Notes under the pieces: model-generated
The model's input: only the letters and a program-made list of their open reading frames with translations
What the model was told of the DNA's origin: nothing
The model's database searches: none
Part shown: positions 1 to 11,685 of the stretch, one piece after another
Layout of the letters: each line of letters opens with the position of its first letter
Numbering within the stretch: position 1 is the first letter of the stretch
Made by a program: the position numbers and the translations under genes
DNA from: Nemertoderma westbladi
Lineage: Eukaryota; Animalia; Xenacoelomorpha
NCBI GenBank assembly: GCA_032718475.1
Contig: JAUCBJ010007973.1
Location: 1-40,597, forward strand
Direction of reading: 5' to 3'
DNA: 40,597 nt

Positions 1-1
1 A

Positions 2-115
2 TGGTCGGAAAACGACAGCTGATAAAATGATACTGATGTGTCTCAGATTTTCGTTTTTAGGTCGATACCCAATGCTGGTATCAGTATCATTTTATGTGGT
101 GTCGTTTTCCGACCA
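2..115. repeat. Short imperfect inverted repeat (about 36-bp arms), MITE-like hairpin
   Basis: tggtcggaaaacgaca...ataaaatgatactgat (2-37) is complementary to atcagtatcattttat...tgtcgttttccgacca (80-115). Confidence 0.75.
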
Positions 116-354
116 ACGAATATACAACGCGTAAGATAATGTATAAATTATTAAGGAGATAACACAATGTCAGAGTGAGAACAAAAAAATTAGATATGGT
201 ATCAATATATTACCATGAAGATTACTAGAAGTGATGAATTTTATTAAAAACATTCACTTATATATATAAATTTGTGATGTGGCATAGTCAACGAAGAAGA
301 GATGGTACGTGTCATAATCATCGACGAATAAGAAAAGAGATGGAGTGCAACGTG

Positions 355-915
355 GATGAATGGTTGGTTGCCTGAATAGGAAATACGTGAAAGAATATGA
401 ATCATAGGGTTGTGTGTGTAATAATCAATAATTATTATAATAAAAACGTGCAGTATATAATGTTAGTGGTGGTAGCCTTTCAATATGACACAGATGCTGC
501 GGGATTGGTTAGGTTGAGTAACTACTATGCAAATGTTCGTATACGTGTAGCTGGAAACGTGGCGGAATTTCAACACGTATCCTACTGCAGGACTGGTAGG
601 CTGCTTGGTTGGTTGGATTGGTGACAGCCGTGCTGGAGTTGGCAATCAATATAATATCTGATGTAGTTGGTGGCCACGTTGTCGGCATATACAGTATACA
701 GTGGTTGGTTGGTTGCGTGAATAGGAAATAACTATGGAAATGTTCGTATTCGTGTAGCCGGAAACGTGGCGGATTGGTAGGTTGCTCGGTTGAATGGATT
801 GGTGACAGCCGTCGAAGAGTTGGCGATCGAATCGATATAATAGGGTAGTGTGGGGCTAGCCACACGATGAGAGGTTTGGGTACGCGAAGATGAATATGCT
901 ATGGTTGGTTGATGC
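355..915. repeat. Degenerate direct duplication, roughly 180-210 bp period
   Basis: aaatgttcgtat.cgtgtagc.ggaaacgtggcgga and ggattggtgacagccgt each occur twice (about 531/738 and about 615/775-810); tggttggttgc.tgaataggaaata occurs at about 361 and 706. Confidence 0.65.
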
Positions 916-1263
916 AACGACACGAACCAATACGCGCGGGAGGTAACAGCTGTAGGAGTAAGGCGGGCATCGCGAGGTTAGGCTACGCGTAGGTGATAGG
1001 CAGCGATTGGTTGAAGGCAACGAGGCGAATCAATATTGATGGTGACAGATGGTCATTAAACACCTCGATTTAGCACCGGAATTTGGCATTTTTTAATTGC
1101 CTCCGAGATGTGGCCCGTAGCCCAGGCTAGGGAGGAGTGAGTGGAGGGCTATGCTTCTCCTACTACTTACCCCTCGGTGGTCAAGTTGGTTTCAAAGCGG
1201 AAACAACTGGAAACACATTTTCGTAGCCGTGTAGATAAACTATTCCCGAAAAGTTGTTAATGG

Positions 1264-1308
1264 AATCACGATCTAACAATCACGATCTAACAATCACGAT
1301 CTAACAAT
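1264..1308. repeat. 14-bp tandem repeat (aatcacgatctaac) x3
   Basis: Directly visible. Confidence 0.9.
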
Positions 1309-1747
1309 GTGTCTAAATTGAAACAGTTGGATTTCTCGGAAATCACTACAGTACTTTTGACAAATTTATGGTCTATAGGAATTATTTTCCTTGTGCGTGT
1401 ACTTTTATTTATATTTGTTACATTGATATGCAGCCCAGAATTGTACTGTATTTTATCATATCTGCCTTTTATTGTCGGCAAGTCCGAATTAAATTTAATT
1501 AATTAATTGTAATTTCCATAATTAACAAAACTTGCTGCAGCTCGTTCGTTATATTTCACCTGTAAACTGATAGAAACAACCAGTTTAAATATCGGAAATC
1601 TGAAAAGTCTGATTATGATTATTATGATTTATTATTACTGTATGATTAATGACAATGATTACAGTAGCACAAAACTGCAAAAGCTCGCTGAAAATAAAAT
1701 TCACTACCGGTATCTCAATGACACACGGACTGACACTGGCAGGTAGC

Positions 1748-3613
1748 ACGAACTTAGTTCCAATCGCACATTTTCAAAGGCGAACTTAGTTCCAATTGAA
1801 ACGAATTTAGTTCCAAAATAAATTTTACAAAGCGAACTTAGTTCCAATCGAGGCGAACTTAGTTCCAATCCCAGAATATCAAAACGAACTTAGTTCCAAT
1901 GGATGCGAATTTAGTTCCAATGGAAGCGAATTTAGTTCCAATGGATGCGAATTTAGTTCCAATGGATGCGAATTTAGTTCCAATGGAAGCGAATTTAGTT
2001 CCAATGGATGCGAATTTAGTTCCAATGGAAGCGAATTTAGTTCCAATGGAAGCGAATTTAGTTCCAATGCGTACGAACTTAGTTCCAATGTTTCAATCGT
2101 TGGGATAGCCACGTAAGTAGGCCAAGCCTATTGCCTATTGCCACTATTTGGGATGGGTCAGGGTCAACAATAGTTGCAAAACCCTTCTGTTATATTTCAA
2201 AAACGAATTATTATTAATGAATTAAATGTATGATGACACATTTTGAAATATATAATTAATCACGAGTGTACTGATACTGACTGACTGAGTCTGTAGCATT
2301 ATATATTCAAGTCATACACATTGTGCCATTTTCACACCAAATTCAATATTTACCAGTTGTTTCGGTTTAGGAAGATGGGCGTTGTTTGGGTTAAGAGGTT
2401 GGGTGTTGTATGGGATAAGATTGTTTTGGTTAGGAGGTTGGGCGTTTTGGGTTAGTTATTTACAATTATTATTTAATCATCCACCTAGTGGTGTCATTAA
2501 ACAGATTCTTCGCCAACTACGTGGCTCGCCCCACACCTGAAACATTGGAACTAAATTCGCTTCCATTGGAACTAAATTCGCATCCATTGGAACTAAATTC
2601 GCTTGCGTTGGAACTAAGTTTGTTTTCGTTTTTTTTCTAGTTATTAGAACTAAGTTCGCGTAAATTGGAACTAAATTCGCCAAAATTGGAACTAAATTCG
2701 TTTCCATTGGAACTAAATTCGCATGAGGCTTAAATTGGAACTAAGTACGGGGAATCCAATTTAAGCCTCATGCGAATTTAGTTCCAATGGAAACGAATTT
2801 AGTTCCAATGGGTGCGAATTTAGTTCCAATGGAAGCGAATTTAGTTCCAATGTTTCAGGTGTGGGGCGAGCCACGTAGTGGCGAAGAATCAGTTTAATGC
2901 CACTATTAGGTGGATGGTTAAATAATAATTGTAAATAACTAACCCAAAACAATCTTATCCCAAACAACGCCCAACCTCTTAACCCAAACAATTCAATTCA
3001 ATTCAATTCTATTTATTCATTTATAATAATATTCATAGTAAAAAACAACGCCCAAGCTCTTAACCCAAACTACGCCCAACCTTCTAACCTAAACAACGCC
3101 CATCTACCTAACCCAAACAACTGCTATTGTATTTGGTGTAAAAATGGCACAATGTGCATGACTTGAGTATATAATACTACAGACTCAGTCAGTCAGTATC
3201 AGTATACTCATGATTAATAAATACTGTATATGTGTAATTATAGATTTAATTCATTAATAATAATTAGTTTATAAAAAAATGAGAAGGGTTTTACAATTAT
3301 TTGCAATTATTTTTGACCCTGACCCACCCGAAATAGTGGCAATACGCAATAGGCTTCGCCTGCTACGTGGCTATCCCCACGATTGAAACATTGGAACTAA
3401 GTTCGAATCCATTGGAACTAAATTCGCATGCATTGGAACTGAATTCGCCCGCATTGGAACTAAGTTCGTTTTGATAATCTGGGATTGGAACTAAGTTCGC
3501 CTCGATTGGAACTAAGGAACTAAGTTCGTTTTATAAAATTTATTTTGGAACTAAATTCGTTTCAATTGGAACTAAGTTCGCCTTTGAAAATGTGCGATTG
3601 GAACTAAGTTCGT
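1748..3613. mobile_element. Foldback-type non-autonomous element: 1.87-kb near-complete palindrome with 21-bp subrepeats (gcgaatttagttccaatggaN)
   Basis: Left arm 1748-2739 is the reverse complement of right arm 2755-3613, including unique interior sequence, around a 15-nt loop. No TSD recognised. Confidence 0.85.
2992..3042 (-). mobile_element. Tiny 5'-truncated LINE/SINE tail inserted in the right arm of the foldback element
   Basis: Absent from the left arm; minus strand ends AATAAATAGAATTGAATTGAATTGAA; flanked by direct aaacaa repeats (2986-2991 and 3043-3048). Confidence 0.5.
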
Positions 3614-3775
3614 TCGATCGTTCTTCACTTGAATCAAAGGATAAAATAATTTTTTTTGTTTTATGGTTAGGGTTTCAAGCATGGTGAACCAATTAATAAT
3701 TGTATTACAGTTACAGATTGAATCTAAAACAAATAACCCCCCTAATTCCCGACTTATTCACATGTAAGTATAATT

Positions 3776-5044
3776 TCATGTTCGGGTGCTTTTTCTAAAT
3801 GTAATCGGTTTACGTGACGTATTTGTATTTCCATTGATATGCGTCACTTTTCTTCTTTTTAATTTATTCGCGTGGGAGTGAATTGTGATTGGCTGTGGCA
3901 GTCGGCAAATCAACGTTTCATATTTGCTTCGCAATTGCTGTGGGTTGTAACTGCCTCTCACGTAAACATCGCAAACTGACAAAGGTATGGTAGCTCTGCG
4001 ATTGGTTTTCATATCGCCGCGGGCAGCGAACCGAGAGGGACTGCTGCGTACTGCATCCACGTGACTCAACAAACCGCGGAACTTATTGCAAAGAACCTGT
4101 ACCGAATCGATTCGATTGGGGGTCGACAAACTCTCTAAGACGTCAGATGCGCTTGGGAAGACATCCACGTCGCCACGGTAACCCGGGTAGAAGTACCGGC
4201 CACTTACCAACGGCTCCTTATTGGTCGCCAGGATCGGTTCTCCGTGATTATCACCTCCAACCCCTACGCCAGAACCTTCCGTTTCACTAGAGGGAGAGAG
4301 TGATTGATTCCGATCTGACGCAACACTAGACGGGGCAGAAATCTGGGTTAACAATTCCCTCGGAGTTAGTGGATGTTTTATATCGATAGATGGCGTTTCT
4401 TGCCGTTGTGTGTCAGACGGCATTAGTGATGGTTTATTACCTTTTTTCCTTGGCTCTTCTTTATTTACTATTCTGGACATTTTTTGCACCGGAAGTGGCT
4501 GACTAGGAATCCCCAGACCCACTTGCACTTTCCTCCCCAGGGCCAGATAATAAGACTCCATGCATTTCTGATATTTATAGCTCTGCATATACTCTGAAAT
4601 ATTCTTAAAATGGTTGAATACAAATGGATCGCGATGGCATTGGTTGACAGGAATGGCAGTAGTTCGAGCCATACCAGCTGATGAAATCCCACCGCCTATC
4701 GCTTTGTTATTGACGGTTCGTGCTGTTTTTGATGGGACGGCTTTCACAGAATAACACTCGGTACACACGACACCCCAAGGGGCCAAGCACGTGTTGCATG
4801 TATTAACGAAATCCCAGGAACTTAAATTTTGCGAAATTTGAAGTAAATGATCAATTCTATCAGTTTCGTATAACATTAGTTTCGAATAGAATTGGTTGTC
4901 ATTCGGTTCGATTTCCTCACAAAGTGAAGGTGTCGAGGGTGTAAATTTATTATTCTTTATTAACTTCCGTATTTTTTTCTTGGGACGAGTTTTCATGCTA
5001 GTCGCTAACTCTTCTGACATCCTTCTCACATTAGTGGGCTTATT
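3776..5044 (-). CDS. Large candidate terminal exon (422 codons plus TGA), probably the end of the PPIP5K tail; product not recognised
   Basis: Non-repetitive 1.27-kb open frame in AT-rich surroundings, ttttactttag acceptor at 5045 in phase 0, no good own start codon; same strand as PPIP5K. Confidence 0.7.
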   Translation of the reverse strand, partial: NKPTNVRRMSEELATSMKTRPKKKIRKLIKNNKFTPSTPSLCEEIEPNDNQFYSKLMLYETDRIDHLLQISQNLSSWDFVNTCNTCLAPWGVVCTECYSVKAVPSKTARTVNNKAIGGGISSAGMARTTAIPVNQCHRDPFVFNHFKNISEYMQSYKYQKCMESYYLALGRKVQVGLGIPSQPLPVQKMSRIVNKEEPRKKGNKPSLMPSDTQRQETPSIDIKHPLTPRELLTQISAPSSVASDRNQSLSPSSETEGSGVGVGGDNHGEPILATNKEPLVSGRYFYPGYRGDVDVFPSASDVLESLSTPNRIDSVQVLCNKFRGLLSHVDAVRSSPSRFAARGDMKTNRRATIPLSVCDVYVRGSYNPQQLRSKYETLICRLPQPITIHSHANKLKRRKVTHINGNTNTSRKPITFRKSTRT

Positions 5045-6605
5045 CTAAAGTAAAACTGCCTATAATTATTATTTTTATAAATCTGTTTATTATTCTGCTG
5101 TAAATCTTATTTTCGCAGTAAAATAAAAAACATCAAATGAATAAAAAACTACCAGAATATGAAAGTCACGATACGAAATACGAAATATTTTTAGTACCAG
5201 TAAGTTATATTTAATCAGAATTATTAGATTAGTAAAATTATTTGGTTATTCCATTTAAGAATCCTACATCTGCTAGCAGTGCACGCGATATAAGAAGTAT
5301 TAAAAAGATTTATATAGGCCTACTGTATATATATTATATTTATTTCTATATTTAAATATTTAATATGTGATAAATAAAATGTTTACTCTAACAGTGCGAT
5401 TGAGACTTAAATCAATATCATTATAGCTGAATAAATCTGAATAAATACACGGATAAGATATTATCACAATTAGAAATGTTAAAGTTTATAACAGAAATAA
5501 TAAATAGCAGCCACAATTAATAGTAGGAATGATTTTATTATGTGGTTGTCAGAGCAACTTAGAAGATAGATACTAACTATTCAATAGGAGCTCAGGTATC
5601 TAACACCCACCCAGCAAATACAATACAGTTAGTAGCAAGGATATCCATGAGCTGGGTTCTACAGTATAGTGGTTGCTTCCCAGAGCCCGAGCGAGAGACA
5701 GGCAAGCAGGCGGTGAGCGAAATTGGAAGAAATGAAAAATCGATTGCATTGGAGCAAGGTTGGTTTGTTCCATGTGGGGTAAAGAGTTTACTGTTTCAGT
5801 ATGGATATGATAAAAGGCGGCGAGAGATTAGGGTAAATTATTAACTTTATTTAATTTAAATATATCTTCATAGCGAAAAATGGGGGGTTGTGCTTCCTCA
5901 GACCAGACCTCAACTGATATATGGTACCAATCGAAATTATTCACAACTAAATGAACGAAAAATCAGTAATAATAATATCTTACATGCGCCTAACGGTTTT
6001 CTGCTATTAGGCCCATCATATTCTCTTTACAAAATGACACAACTGGTATTTAATGTGAATCTGTATTCTATAATTCTCCATGAATTGAGGAGACGGGGGG
6101 TGGGGGGGGGGGGGGGGGGGACTGGACGAAAATCCCATCTTGTCGAATTAACATCCCGCCTCAACGTTGGAAAGAAGCAGGTTACAGTGGCGCGTTATTC
6201 TAACCAAAACAATAAACTAAACACAATAGAACAGCAGGTTACAGTTTTAATTTTGAGAGTAATCAGCTGTTATTTGCGTCCAATTTCCCCTGGGGAGGGA
6301 TGAATTTTCATTACATCCAGAATCCCCCCCCCCCCCCCAACCCATTGCATGTTACCTCCACATTCCAATTACTAAAAAGTTAATAATTACCGGAACTTAC
6401 TTATATCACTTATATTTATTAAATTATTAAACGCAATTAATTAATTAATTTAACATAATATAATATATTTTGCACATAATATTTCAATGCCTAAACTACT
6501 CTGGTACCAAATAGATCCTATCTATAGGCAATAAAATCCTTGCATATTACTACAACTACAAACTGTAGTACTACCGGTATCTATTACCCTGGCCTGGGTG
6601 GGTAC

Positions 6606-6962
6606 TAGTGTTTAAACGGGATCCCGATTTTCGGGATCGGGATTGCAATTTTGGATTCATTTCCTTTAAGTTAATAGTGTAGTGGCGGGTTTTTGGTAAC
6701 ACTCACTTTATTTTACACTTCTGAAATATTAGTGAGATAAAGTTATATTAAAATTATTTTGCAATTGATTCCTGGATGTTTACTGACATAGAAATTCGTT
6801 ATAATCGAAACATATCCGTTCTGCTGGAACTATTTATCAGATATTAAACAAATTTACTTAACTATATTTACTTCGAGATCCCGGTACTAAAAAGTCGGGA
6901 TAGGGATTGCATTTTTAGCCGGGATCCCGGTTTTTCGGGATCTGGATCCCGTTTAAACACTA
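6606..6962. mobile_element. hAT-type MITE (357 bp)
   Basis: TIR tagtgtttaaacgggatcc / ggatcccgtttaaacacta; 8-bp TSD gtgggtac / gtgagtac (1 mismatch); reiterated cgggat subterminal motifs. Confidence 0.85.
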
Positions 6963-7805
6963 GTGAGTACTGTAACACAATAATAATAAACTAATAACTC
7001 GGCACCAATTCTGGGATAACAGCTAAAACGTTTGTTACAGCACATTGGCACCCGGTGCTTAATCCTTTAGTTATAGAATTTATTATTTTTAATTAAGTCA
7101 AGCAATTATTATAGAAGTATAAAACTACCGGTAGGTATAGAAACTAAAATGGAACTGATGGATGCAATCAGTGAGAGTCAGCCATTCGTCGGATTCTTAA
7201 TGCAACTCTTAAAGATCACGCGAGCCAGGTATCTACAGTGGGGTCGTGATTGGTGAATGTTTGTGATGCTGCTTCACAGTTGTTAGTTAATGCACACATA
7301 CACACACTACTCTTGATTGTTTCACATTGATTTAATTGTTTCCTATTATGACTTAATTTAGCGAAGTCCTAATAATATATACAGCTTCACCTCTAGAATA
7401 ATCATGTAGTATAATATACAAAACCGCTTATCATTTAGTGAAGTTAATATCACTTGCGTAATTTAATAACTATTCCCATTAATCCAAATGGAGTGACGCC
7501 AATATTCGACGTTATTATAACACCATTATTTTATGAAAATTGAAACTGATATAATATTCAATTTAAAACCTGTAAACAAATTAGTTTCTGTCATCAATAT
7601 ATTCGAAGCGATTCAATTCTAAGCAGACAGCCGCATATATGAATAACTGTGATTGGTTCTACCGTTAAGCAGTTTTATCCCAAAATTGTAACATTACTCA
7701 ACGCCGTTAGTATTAACAGCGAGTTGTTATTTAGCACTTTACAACTTTAGAGGACATTACAGCATTGTATTGGCCTGTACATTTAGTATTGTATTTGGTG
7801 TTATC

Positions 7806-7849
7806 CGTTAAGTAATGTCCCCGTTCCCCTTAGTGGACATTACTTAACG
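7806..7849. repeat. Perfect 15-bp-stem hairpin
   Basis: cgttaagtaatgtcc, 14-nt loop, ggacattacttaacg. Confidence 0.85.
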
Positions 7850-8138
7850 CCGTCATGGTTACCACGTAAACAATAAGTGGAAATTTGCCTGACAGCCAGA
7901 TAGGCCTACTGCATTACCTACCGGTAGGCGGGTTAGCTATTAATAACCAGTAGGGCCTATCTATATTATAACATGGCTCCAAACGCCACCATAAATATAA
8001 GCTAACTTATTTATAACATAATTTATGTCAATTTTACATTTATTTATACAGCAACTAATATAATTTGTGCAGTTTCTATCACTTATAATGTATATGTACA
8101 ATCATTTCGTAATGTTACAATTTTTGAATAAAACTACA

Positions 8139-8279
8139 TTACATACTTGTTGCAAAGTACTTTACAGTGTTCTGATCCTCGTGGCTTTATTTTCCGTCAC
8201 TCACTAACGTTCGTTCGTGTAACAAAGCCACTCGGATCATCACACTGTAAAGTGCTACTTTACACACACAAGTATGTAA
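8139..8279. mobile_element. Small palindromic MITE-like repeat; related copy at about 29500-29610
   Basis: ttacatacttgt/acaagtatgtaa ends and ctttacagtgt/acactgtaaag inner arms; core ctgatcctcg...cgttcgttcgtgt.acaaa..cac.cggatc shared with 29516-29578. Confidence 0.7.
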
Positions 8280-8741
8280 ATAGTTATTACACCACTTGAA
8301 AGTAATTCTTTACTATACTTTACTGCAAAAGGTTAGACACATTGGCACAGAATAGCTCGTGGTTTTACTAGCAAGTTAAACGTATTTATTATGGGCAGTG
8401 TAGTTCATTAAGTATACCATATTCGTTAGCAAAGTTTATCCTAAAAAATTATCAAAAGTATCACATCGTACGTCCTCCTATGTGTATTCTGGAATATCAC
8501 ATTGGGAAGGCCGTCTTATAAGTAAATAATTCATATCATTTGAGAGATTCTGAAATTTCTATTAAACTTTTGAGAAATTTTCATGTAACTTTTGGGAATT
8601 TTTGCACAACCTTTGTAAACGGAAATGATAGCGCTTTAGGAACCCCCAACCCGCTGCGATTAAATCAATCCGTATACAAATACCGAACGGAAACCATAAA
8701 CATCTGCGGTAGGTACACGAGTCACCATAGAATCCACTCAC

Positions 8742-9041
8742 TCTACGGAATTAAACCTCGCCGGCAGTTCCGGTTTATCTACAGAAATAACTCCGCGTTT
8801 AGAACAATTGTTTTCAATCGAATCCGAAACCGAAACTTTACTAGTTTCTGTTATATTTGCGACAGTTGCTGATTGGTCACTTGCACCGCATGTACAGGGA
8901 TGTTGTTCCCCGGGAGTCTTGGGATTATTCATAGGAGACGGAGAAACCGTTTTAGAGGATTTTAATTCTTCCATCGACGACTTGCTCCTAAGTCTCGACA
9001 AACCTGTATTTTTATCGTCTTCAATTTGTATTGACATTCGT
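8742..9041 (-). CDS. Probable Ser-rich tail exon (RMSIQIEDDKNTGLSRLRSKSSMEEL...ARFNSV)
   Basis: (t)8ctcag acceptor, GA|gtgagt donor, 300 nt open frame, phase 2->2. Confidence 0.65.
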
Positions 9042-9148
9042 CTGAGAAAAAAAAGAGAATTCCGCTATAAAAAATATCTTTGATTGACTTGAGGACATAA
9101 CATTCCTTGAGAATAAACAATATAAATATTTTGTGTCAACATACCTAC

Positions 9149-9182
9149 CAGTCCTCGCCCAAAAGTCGACAATTCCTCATCG
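9149..9182 (-). CDS. Possible 34-nt micro-exon (DEELSTFGRGL)
   Basis: aatag acceptor, CTG|gtaggt donor; phase 2->0 would link the 9302 exon to the phase-0 acceptor at 5044. Confidence 0.35.
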
Positions 9183-9301
9183 CTATTTTGTCAGAAAAAC
9201 CAACATTTTGTTAATTACAACAGTTCCATATTGAAAACTTTCACAATAAATATTTACAGTTTGAAATATACGGTCTAATACAATTACAAACATATACTTA
9301 C

Positions 9302-9358
9302 TGCGATACGTAGCTCTGGAGATCAGCTGGTTCAAAGTCATCCTTAGCGGTGGATAAT
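9302..9358 (-). CDS. Probable small tail exon (LSTAKDDFEPADLQSYVS)
   Basis: attag acceptor, consensus gtaagt donor, 57 nt, open in phase 2->2; GC-richer than flanks. Confidence 0.55.
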
Positions 9359-9513
9359 CTAATCGATAAAAAATATACGAATTAATTTAATTATTTACGA
9401 AAAAAATCTATTAGTACACGGCTCCCGTCTATGACATGGGATATTATAAAAAATTTAGTTCCAGTTAAATAACTGGGTGCCAATCTTGGTATAGAAGTCG
9501 GTCCCACCCCTAC

Positions 9514-9592
9514 CATCGGGTAGCAGCTATCGAAAGAGGAGCCTTTGGGTCGCCTGCTTCACGAAACGGTTGTACTGGTTTTTTAGATTCCT
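9514..9592 (-). CDS. Possible small alternative tail exon (EESKKPVQPFREAGDPKAPLSIAATR)
   Basis: (t)5tag acceptor and TG|gtaggg donor. In frame after the 9706 donor, but joining it to the 9358 exon creates TGA. Confidence 0.35.
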
Positions 9593-9689
9593 CTAAAAAA
9601 TAGCAACAGAGAAAATTGCCATAGCCATAGCACATTACTGTAATGCTAAATGTATAACGTATAAAACAGTTTCAGTGTATGGTACGGAC

Positions 9690-9834
9690 CTTGGAGTTAG
9701 TTTACCACTGGATGGAGTCGCTGGGTGGTTGCTCGTCATTCGTTCCAAGAAGTTATCGAAATCTCTCCAGGTGATGTTGTTGTGTAAAGTTTCGAGATCA
9801 GTGAGTCCGTGCATCATATGGGAAGCCTCAACAA
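9690..9834 (-). CDS. PPIP5K: PPIP5K tail exon: VEASHMMHGLTDLETLHNNITWRDFDNFLERMTSNHPATPSS(GKLTP)
   Basis: ttttag acceptor, phase 1; LETLHNxxxxxxxDxFL matches vertebrate PLETLHNALSLKQVDEFL. The donor is ambiguous: G|gtaaac (exon end 9706) or AG|gtccgt (exon end 9690). Confidence 0.85.
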
Positions 9835-11484
9835 CTAAAATAACGATCGTAATCTTATAATTTAACTTCCTTTTTTTTCCATGATTGCATCTCTCTCAAT
9901 GTCACAGCTATTTACTATGTCGGCTGTTTACTAAGTTGTCCTGTCTAATAGTCATTGTTTGTAGCTTGTTATCACCTCATTTTCCTGAATTATCTTACAT
10001 AATATAATATCGCCGGTTTTGTTTGGCCGAGTTTTAATTTTACATTTGGTTACATTAAATTCAATTTGTCAGCCGTGAGACAATAAAATGGACAAAACAC
10101 TGGCCGTGGCGGGTTTAAAAACAACAATTTCAAAATAAACAATTTGCAAATAACAATTGAATATAATTTTGGTGGTTGTCTGCACAGGAAGAAGCACCTT
10201 TCTAAAGAAAATATTTAACCTTGGGTGCATAAGTAAAAGAGTGGAACCTCAACAACAATGAGCTATTAATTCCTTTGTTAACAACAATCATAATCCATAC
10301 ATTACCTTTGGACATAAAGGTGAGAGCAAAACACAGATAAACAATTCATGAAATGTGCGTTGGGGAGGGATGCTTTCATGTCGTCGGTGTTTGGACTAAG
10401 AAAACATGTAAATAGTCACGGCATGAAATACTGTATGTTCAATCATTCGATGGAAGTAAATGTTTCAGCAAAACTTTTAATTCAATCAATTTTTAATACA
10501 TTTGGTTGCGATTAACAGAACTGATTTCTCAACAAATGGATCTAATTGGAAAAAATTAATTCCTTATACACAACGGTGATAGCTGATAGCTAATGTACGT
10601 AGAAAGTTTATAGAGGATTCCAAGGAATACGTCCAAAAGGGCGCGTTCTACTCTAACGACTTGGGGGATATTAAGCGGAAAGATCACTGGGTTTGGTGAT
10701 ACATTCGCCACGCCATTGACATATGCGGCGCTGCGGCGAGAAACATCCAGCGAAACTTCCTTTGTCGCAAAGAATTCGGCGTTAAAAACGCGATGGATTC
10801 CTCTAAAGCCAATGAGTTACTATCAAGTACAGTTTTGTTTTGGGTGAAGACGACAACTTTGGCAATAAGATCTTTACCATCAGAAACAAAGTCTACCACA
10901 AAACACAAAGCGAAACGTCTGCTTTTATTCATCTTTGAGGAAATCGACGAGGTCTCGATATTGGCGGTGGTAATCGATGGGGATTAACAGCTTCGATTTG
11001 CCTTTGTTCAGGTTTATAGTAAAACTGCCACAAGAGTTTCTATCCAGAGCGGTCGGCTTATATTCTTATAAGTGAAATGCCGTCAGTATTCGCGACAATG
11101 TGGAGGTTATTCGTGAAGCCAATTGTAGGTAAACGCTGCGCGCAAAGTATCAGGTTAGTGGCTGAATTGGAGCTCGTAGAGTATGTGGACCTCGGAAACA
11201 TGAATGGGCGGCTCAAAAGCTGAAGCTCAAAAGCGCGTTGCGCGCGAAAGATAAATGACTCTGAATAACTTCGTTAATAAAGGAAAAACAATTTACAAAC
11301 TACAGTCAAGTCTTATGTTGTGGTGTATTATGTCTTGTAATGTCTGTAAAGCCTACAGTACTCATCATTGGTTACATGTTTAACTGCGGTGAAACTGGTG
11401 AAATATCGCCCGAGAGGCCGAGACACTTTCTTAATGCTTGTTTCTAAAAATTGAAAGCAAAAAGGATTCTGGAAGAGTACTTAC

Positions 11485-11610
11485 CCCCGGCGCGTTTTGG
11501 CATTTCGGCTAGAAGTTCCTCTGAGAAATATTCCAGGAGGTTGGGCGCAGAGCAGGACAGATTGAGGGCGTATAGGGGATGTAGGTTGCCACTACCCTCA
11601 CTGCGACGCA
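11485..11610 (-). CDS. PPIP5K: PPIP5K tail exon: (V)RRSEGSGNLHPLYALNLSCSAPNLLEYFSEELLAEMPKRAG
   Basis: tttacag acceptor, G|gtaagt donor, 126 nt, phase 1->1; SCSAPNLLEY resembles vertebrate SSSAPNLQDY. Absent from the ORF track. Confidence 0.85.
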
Positions 11611-11685
11611 CTGTAAATACAATATACGGGGGTATCAGCTTGGATGAGTGACAATACCGAGTAATGTTTAATGGCTACCAATTAA

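Noticed and set aside
1879-2991. ORFs with LELNSHP / ANLVPM repeats resembling leucine-rich repeats
   Set aside because: Translations of the 21-bp subrepeats of the foldback element, present on both strands.
6078-6350. Poly-G and poly-C runs as inverted ends of a MITE, and the overlapping 137-aa ORF
   Set aside because: Complementarity beyond the homopolymers is too short, no TSD found, and the ORF has no recognisable features.
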